A DNA stretch of 39,743 nucleotides from Octopus bimaculoides (taxonomy: Eukaryota), in the NCBI RefSeq assembly GCF_001194135.2, contig NC_068991.1, positions 22,856,172 through 22,895,914 on the forward strand, given 5' to 3'. Both the position numbers and the translations under genes were made by a program. Under the pieces are notes generated by a model. That model was not told the DNA's origin. It saw nothing but the letters and a program-made list of their open reading frames with translations, and searched no databases. Numbering within the stretch: position 1 is the stretch's first letter; the number at the start of each line of letters is the position of its first letter. Positions 35,259 through 39,743 of this stretch are shown here, piece after piece.

Positions 35259-35583
35259 AAATTAGAGAAACGAGTAAATAAAATCCAGGCTGCATGTGTT
35301 TCATAGCTAGTGGAAACCTCGGAAGTAGTAATTATCCAAATGAGGGGTAATCTGCTAGTTACTTGTCAAGCCAAAGATACCTTAGTCAAATGAAGGTTAC
35401 ATTGTTGTCAAGGGATTCCATGTTAACTTGCAGGAGGTTCATAACCTTCATTTGACTAAGGTATCTTTGGCTTGATGAGTAGCTCGTGGATTACCCCTCG
35501 TTTGGATAATTACTACTTCCAAGGTTCCACTAGCTATGAAACACATGCAGCCTGGATTTTATCTACTCCTTTCCCTAAATTTG
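35257..35583. repeat. Foldback element: 143/142-bp inverted arms, 42-bp loop
   Basis: 35257-35399 aligns with the reverse complement of 35442-35583 with about 12 substitutions and one indel by hand; innermost 32 bp perfect. Confidence 0.95.
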
Positions 35584-35883
35584 GATGTTTATTTGTATAC
35601 ATAGCAATCCCAGCTGCTAACTGTGAACTATAAAATAACTTTTTCCAGCTAATTGAACTTCAATATGGGAAAGATTTACAACCTTTTACGTCAATAAACC
35701 ACTATTGTTCCTGAAAGTTGTTTTTTATACCTTCTATACACTGCTCAAAGCTTACTAACTTCCTTCCTACACCTTGATCCTTGGATCTTACCTTTACATA
35801 TTACTATATATATATAATTTTTTTTAGAAAAACATAAATCCAGAGAAGCACACTCTAAGAAGTAGAGCAGTCTATATTTATTA

Positions 35884-36211
35884 CTGGTGAAGACATGTTT
35901 ACAGGGTTACCCTGGGTTTCTCGTCATAAAGGGTACCTTAATGGAGTATCTTCAGACCCTAAGACCTGTTGGCCTATGGCCTCTTTAAAATATGGTGGGG
36001 GTAACAATACAGATATAAACAATGGAGATTTATTTCCTTTTGGTGCTGGTCATCGGCTTCCAGCTGTGTTGTCCTCCTTCAGCTGTGCCACCTGTCAGCC
36101 ATGAGGGTAAAAGGTAGGGGGTTATCTCCCACTCTCATCAGCAATCAATTTCCAGCTGTGGTGTACTTACCGCTAAAACCCAGGGTAACCCTATAAACCA
36201 GGCTTCATCAG
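35884..36211. mobile_element. 328-bp MITE with 36-bp TIRs and TA flanks
   Basis: ta|ctggtgaagacatgtttacagggttaccctgggttt ... aaacccagggtaaccctataaaccaggcttcatcag|ta (5 mismatches). Confidence 0.75.
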
Positions 36212-36227
36212 TAATATATATAACAAA

Positions 36228-36341
36228 GGGCTGGCAACAGGAAGAGCATCCAGCCATAGAAAATATACAATTTCCATCTGACCCATGCAAACATGGAACA
36301 GTGGCTGTTAAAACAGTGACAGTGATGATGGTGGTGATGAT
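36228..36341 (+). repeat. RTE-type 3'-tail fragment
   Basis: ggctggcaacaggaagagcatccagccatagaaaa...gacccatgcaaacatggaacagtgg..gttaaaa..gatgatg. Confidence 0.65.
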
Positions 36342-37350
36342 TAAAATCTTTCAATACCGCCTCTTAAATACTCTTCCTGCACTGATTACTGATATAATTT
36401 CAAACAAAATTTCTCTCCAATGATATCACTACATCAACATTATCAATATATCTCTCTCCTTCATCCCTTACAGCAGACAACATAACTGAAACATCTTATC
36501 TATGTTGCTTTCTCAGCTTAGGAATATCTGATATTCAGCTTTCCACTTATCTTCAGAGGATACAGTTCCTTGCTACCATATTTCACCCCACCCATTTGCT
36601 CTTGTAGTCATATCTACCACTACTTTATTACCCAGTTGCTCAGTAGTTTGCTGGGCTGCTGCTCCACAACCAACACCCATTATAATCATCATCACCAGCA
36701 CTGCAGAAATTTTTTATATACATTATTTGCATTGTATGTGTGTACACAGAAGGGAAGAGAGATGGAAGAAGAGAGAGATCCAAAAACATATCAACATCTG
36801 TAATATTTATTTGGAATTATCTACATTGAGTTTCCCTTCTAAGTGACAGTATCAACACAACATTGTATATGTGTGTATGTATGCATGTGTGGGTAAGAAA
36901 GAGAGAGAAAGTGATAGACAAAATATGCATCATATGTTTTTTCATTTCACATACAGATGTAAAAGATTAATAATACATGCAATGAAAATTGTATGTATGT
37001 GTGTGCACATGCACATGTGTTATGTATATGTATGTGAGTGTGTGTGCACATATGTATGCACACACAAATTTATACCCCCTCCACCCACACACACTCGTTA
37101 TACATCCTCTTGTATAATCATACATTCAATAATAAGCATACAAAAATACATAAAATAACACATCAAGATAAAAAACAAAAAGAACTTTTTGACGTGATTA
37201 ATATATAACAAAAACAGACTGGAAAAATAAAACTGAATTAATTGATTATATATGAATAATATATTTAGCTTATCCACTACATAAATACTAATTACAATTT
37301 TTTTTTACTGGGAAGGGACAAGGCCCACTTTCGTTAAATTAGCTCCAAGT

Positions 37351-37732
37351 GTAGCTGTGGTTGTGTGGTAAGAAGCTTGCTTCCCAACCACATGGTTCCG
37401 GGTTCAGTCCCACTGTGTAGCACGTTGGGCAAGTGTATTCTGCTGTAGCCTCAGGTTGACCAAAGCCTTGTGAGTGGATTTGGTAGACGGAAACTGAAAA
37501 AAGCTTGTTGTATGTGTGTGTGTGTATGTGTGTTTTTGTCCTCAACCACCACTTGACATCCGGTGTTGGTGTGTTTACATCCCCATAACTTAGCAGTTTA
37601 GAAAAGAGATTGATAAAATAAGTACCAGGTTTTAGAAAAAGTACTGGGTTCAATTCATTCAACTAAAAATTCAAGGTGGTACCCCAGCATGGCTACAGTG
37701 TAAAGACTAAAACAAGTAAAAGATAAAAAGAT
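37351..37732 (+). mobile_element. tRNA-like SINE with central (GT)n, full length
   Basis: Colinear with 32352-32733. Confidence 0.85.
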
Positions 37733-38056
37733 ATATTGCCAGTTACATGTTCTGTCAAACCTAAAAAGTTAACATTTGCAGTTGACTACAGTGGAATTTG
37801 AACTCACAACATAAAACAGCGAAGAGATATCAACTTGCCACTCATTGTTACTACTAACTAACCACTATAGTTAATATTTAAAATACTTGTAGATGAGTCA
37901 ACAAAGATGCCTCTATATCAGAGGTGGAAATTTGAAATTTCCTAATCACAATGACTCTAACCCATGTGTAAAAAGGAAGAAAAAAAAAAAATTTAACTTC
38001 TTACCACACAACCACAAGTAAAGTATGTGGGTCATGGCTGGAGTATATTTCATCAT

Positions 38057-38432
38057 GTGGAGGCCCAGTGGCTAGGGCAGCAGACTCGTGGTTTCGATTC
38101 CCAGACCGGGCGTTGTGAGTGTTTATTGAGCGTTAACACCTAAAGCTCCACGAGGCTCCGGCAAGGGATGGTGGCGAACCCTGCTGTACTCTTTCACCAC
38201 AACTTTCTCTCACTCTTACTTCCTGTTTCTGTTGTGCCTGTAATTCAAAGGGTCAGCCTTGTCACACTGTGTCACGCTGAATATCCCCGAGAACTACGTT
38301 AAGTGTACACGTGTCTGTGGAGTGCTCAGCCACTTGCACGTTAATTTCACGAGCAGGCTGTTCCATCGATCTGATCAACTGGAACCTTCGACGTCGTAAG
38401 CGACGGAGTGCCAACAACAACAACAAGAACAA
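38057..38432 (+). mobile_element. tRNA-derived SINE, (AAC)n-tailed family, copy 3 (small head deletions)
   Basis: Same body as 6411/23340; TSD atatttcatcat (38045-38056, 38433-38444). Confidence 0.92.
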
Positions 38433-39707
38433 ATATTTCATCATAAATCTGTTCAATCTAACTTGGGGCTAAGCAACATGATATATTAACAGATAGGGGA
38501 TATACAAAATCAGTGAGAAGAAGGATGGCCACTGAAGTTAATTATGCTACAAGTACTTACGTTATCAACTCCCTAGTTCCATAGTGGTTAAACAGCAAAG
38601 TCAACTTCAGCAGAACTTGAATAGAGAAATACAAGATCATTCAAATCCTTCTGGTGTTGAAACTTACTTCTCATTTCCCACAAAAATCAATTAAATAAGT
38701 AACAGTAAACCACCTTTACTTTATAAATCAACTTTGTCTATTATTTAATTTTTGTTTTCCAATTAGTTCCATAATCAATTGAATTATTGCAGATCCAATG
38801 TAAACTTCACCATCACACAGTTCAGAGATAATTAAAGCAAAAATGTATTTTGTCTGTATTTCCGACTAACAAACAAGAAAGCACTTATTTTTTCTAAACA
38901 AATGAAATGTGTCATTAGAGGCTGGTAAGAGGGAAAGGAACTTGAGGGATTATTTTTTGCTTTGAAAGGAGAAAAACCCAAAAATGATTAAGAATTATTG
39001 ATTAACTCAGTCAGAGCTCATTCTTTTTGCAAATTATGTAGGATCTGAACTCGGTACTCAAGCTAACAAAAACATTCTGCAATTATATAGAACTGCAGTT
39101 GCTTATAGTGATAAACTGTATGTTACTAAGGTACCTTTATTTTTACAGCTTAGTGAACTTAACACAAATTAAAGTGCCTTAATTATAAATAAAGTACAGC
39201 CCCAGTGACAGGATAAGGATTATGTGAGCTTTGAGCCATTAATAAATATCCTATTGATTCAATAACTTACAAGTCAGATTATTCATAAACTATCCATTTG
39301 TTGTATGATTATAATTTCTCCAAACTACTGACCTCCTTTTTCTACAGATGAAACATCTGTTAATCTTTACATCTACCTACACTAAATTTCAATAGGTTTG
39401 AGCTACAATCATCTGAGTATCTACTTTGGAAATAAAAGTTCCTTGTTAGAATCTTGTTTGGTACTGTGTACATATCTGGGTAAAAGACACTTGTTGCTGA
39501 TTAGACATCAAACTGACCAAAACATAATGAAAAATCAAATATTAAAACATTCCTCATTTATAAAGATGAGTTTAGCAGTAAAAAAAAAAATTTAAATCAT
39601 ATTAACAATAACACATCTCAGGCATTTAAACATTTAATTATTAATTTTTCTATATGTGATAGTGAATTTTCATCGATGAGTTCTTGAAAATTGGTTATTT
39701 TCCCTAA

Positions 39708-39743
<36 letters not shown>

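Overview
AT-rich, microsatellite-dense eukaryotic DNA with four N-gaps; the repeat content resembles what I recall from Octopus (coleoid cephalopod) genomes, which is an inference, not a search result. Most ORF-track entries are microsatellite, gap or antisense artefacts. The only host coding sequence I recognise is a 64-nt minus-strand exon (14122-14185; VDIPPVQFDWTGSGLTNPLEQ) matching a conserved C-terminal motif of aftiphilin, so much of the window is probably intron. The rest is transposon debris: three Tc1/mariner relics (maT-like DD37D, rosa-like DD41D, near-intact DD36E), three RTE LINE relics (two retain a PHD-type finger inside the RT, two are internally deleted), three tRNA-derived SINE families including a six-unit head-to-tail array joined by trinucleotide tails, piggyBac-, hAT- and TA-type MITEs, and a 327-bp foldback hairpin. 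No prokaryote-type system or CRISPR array is supported.
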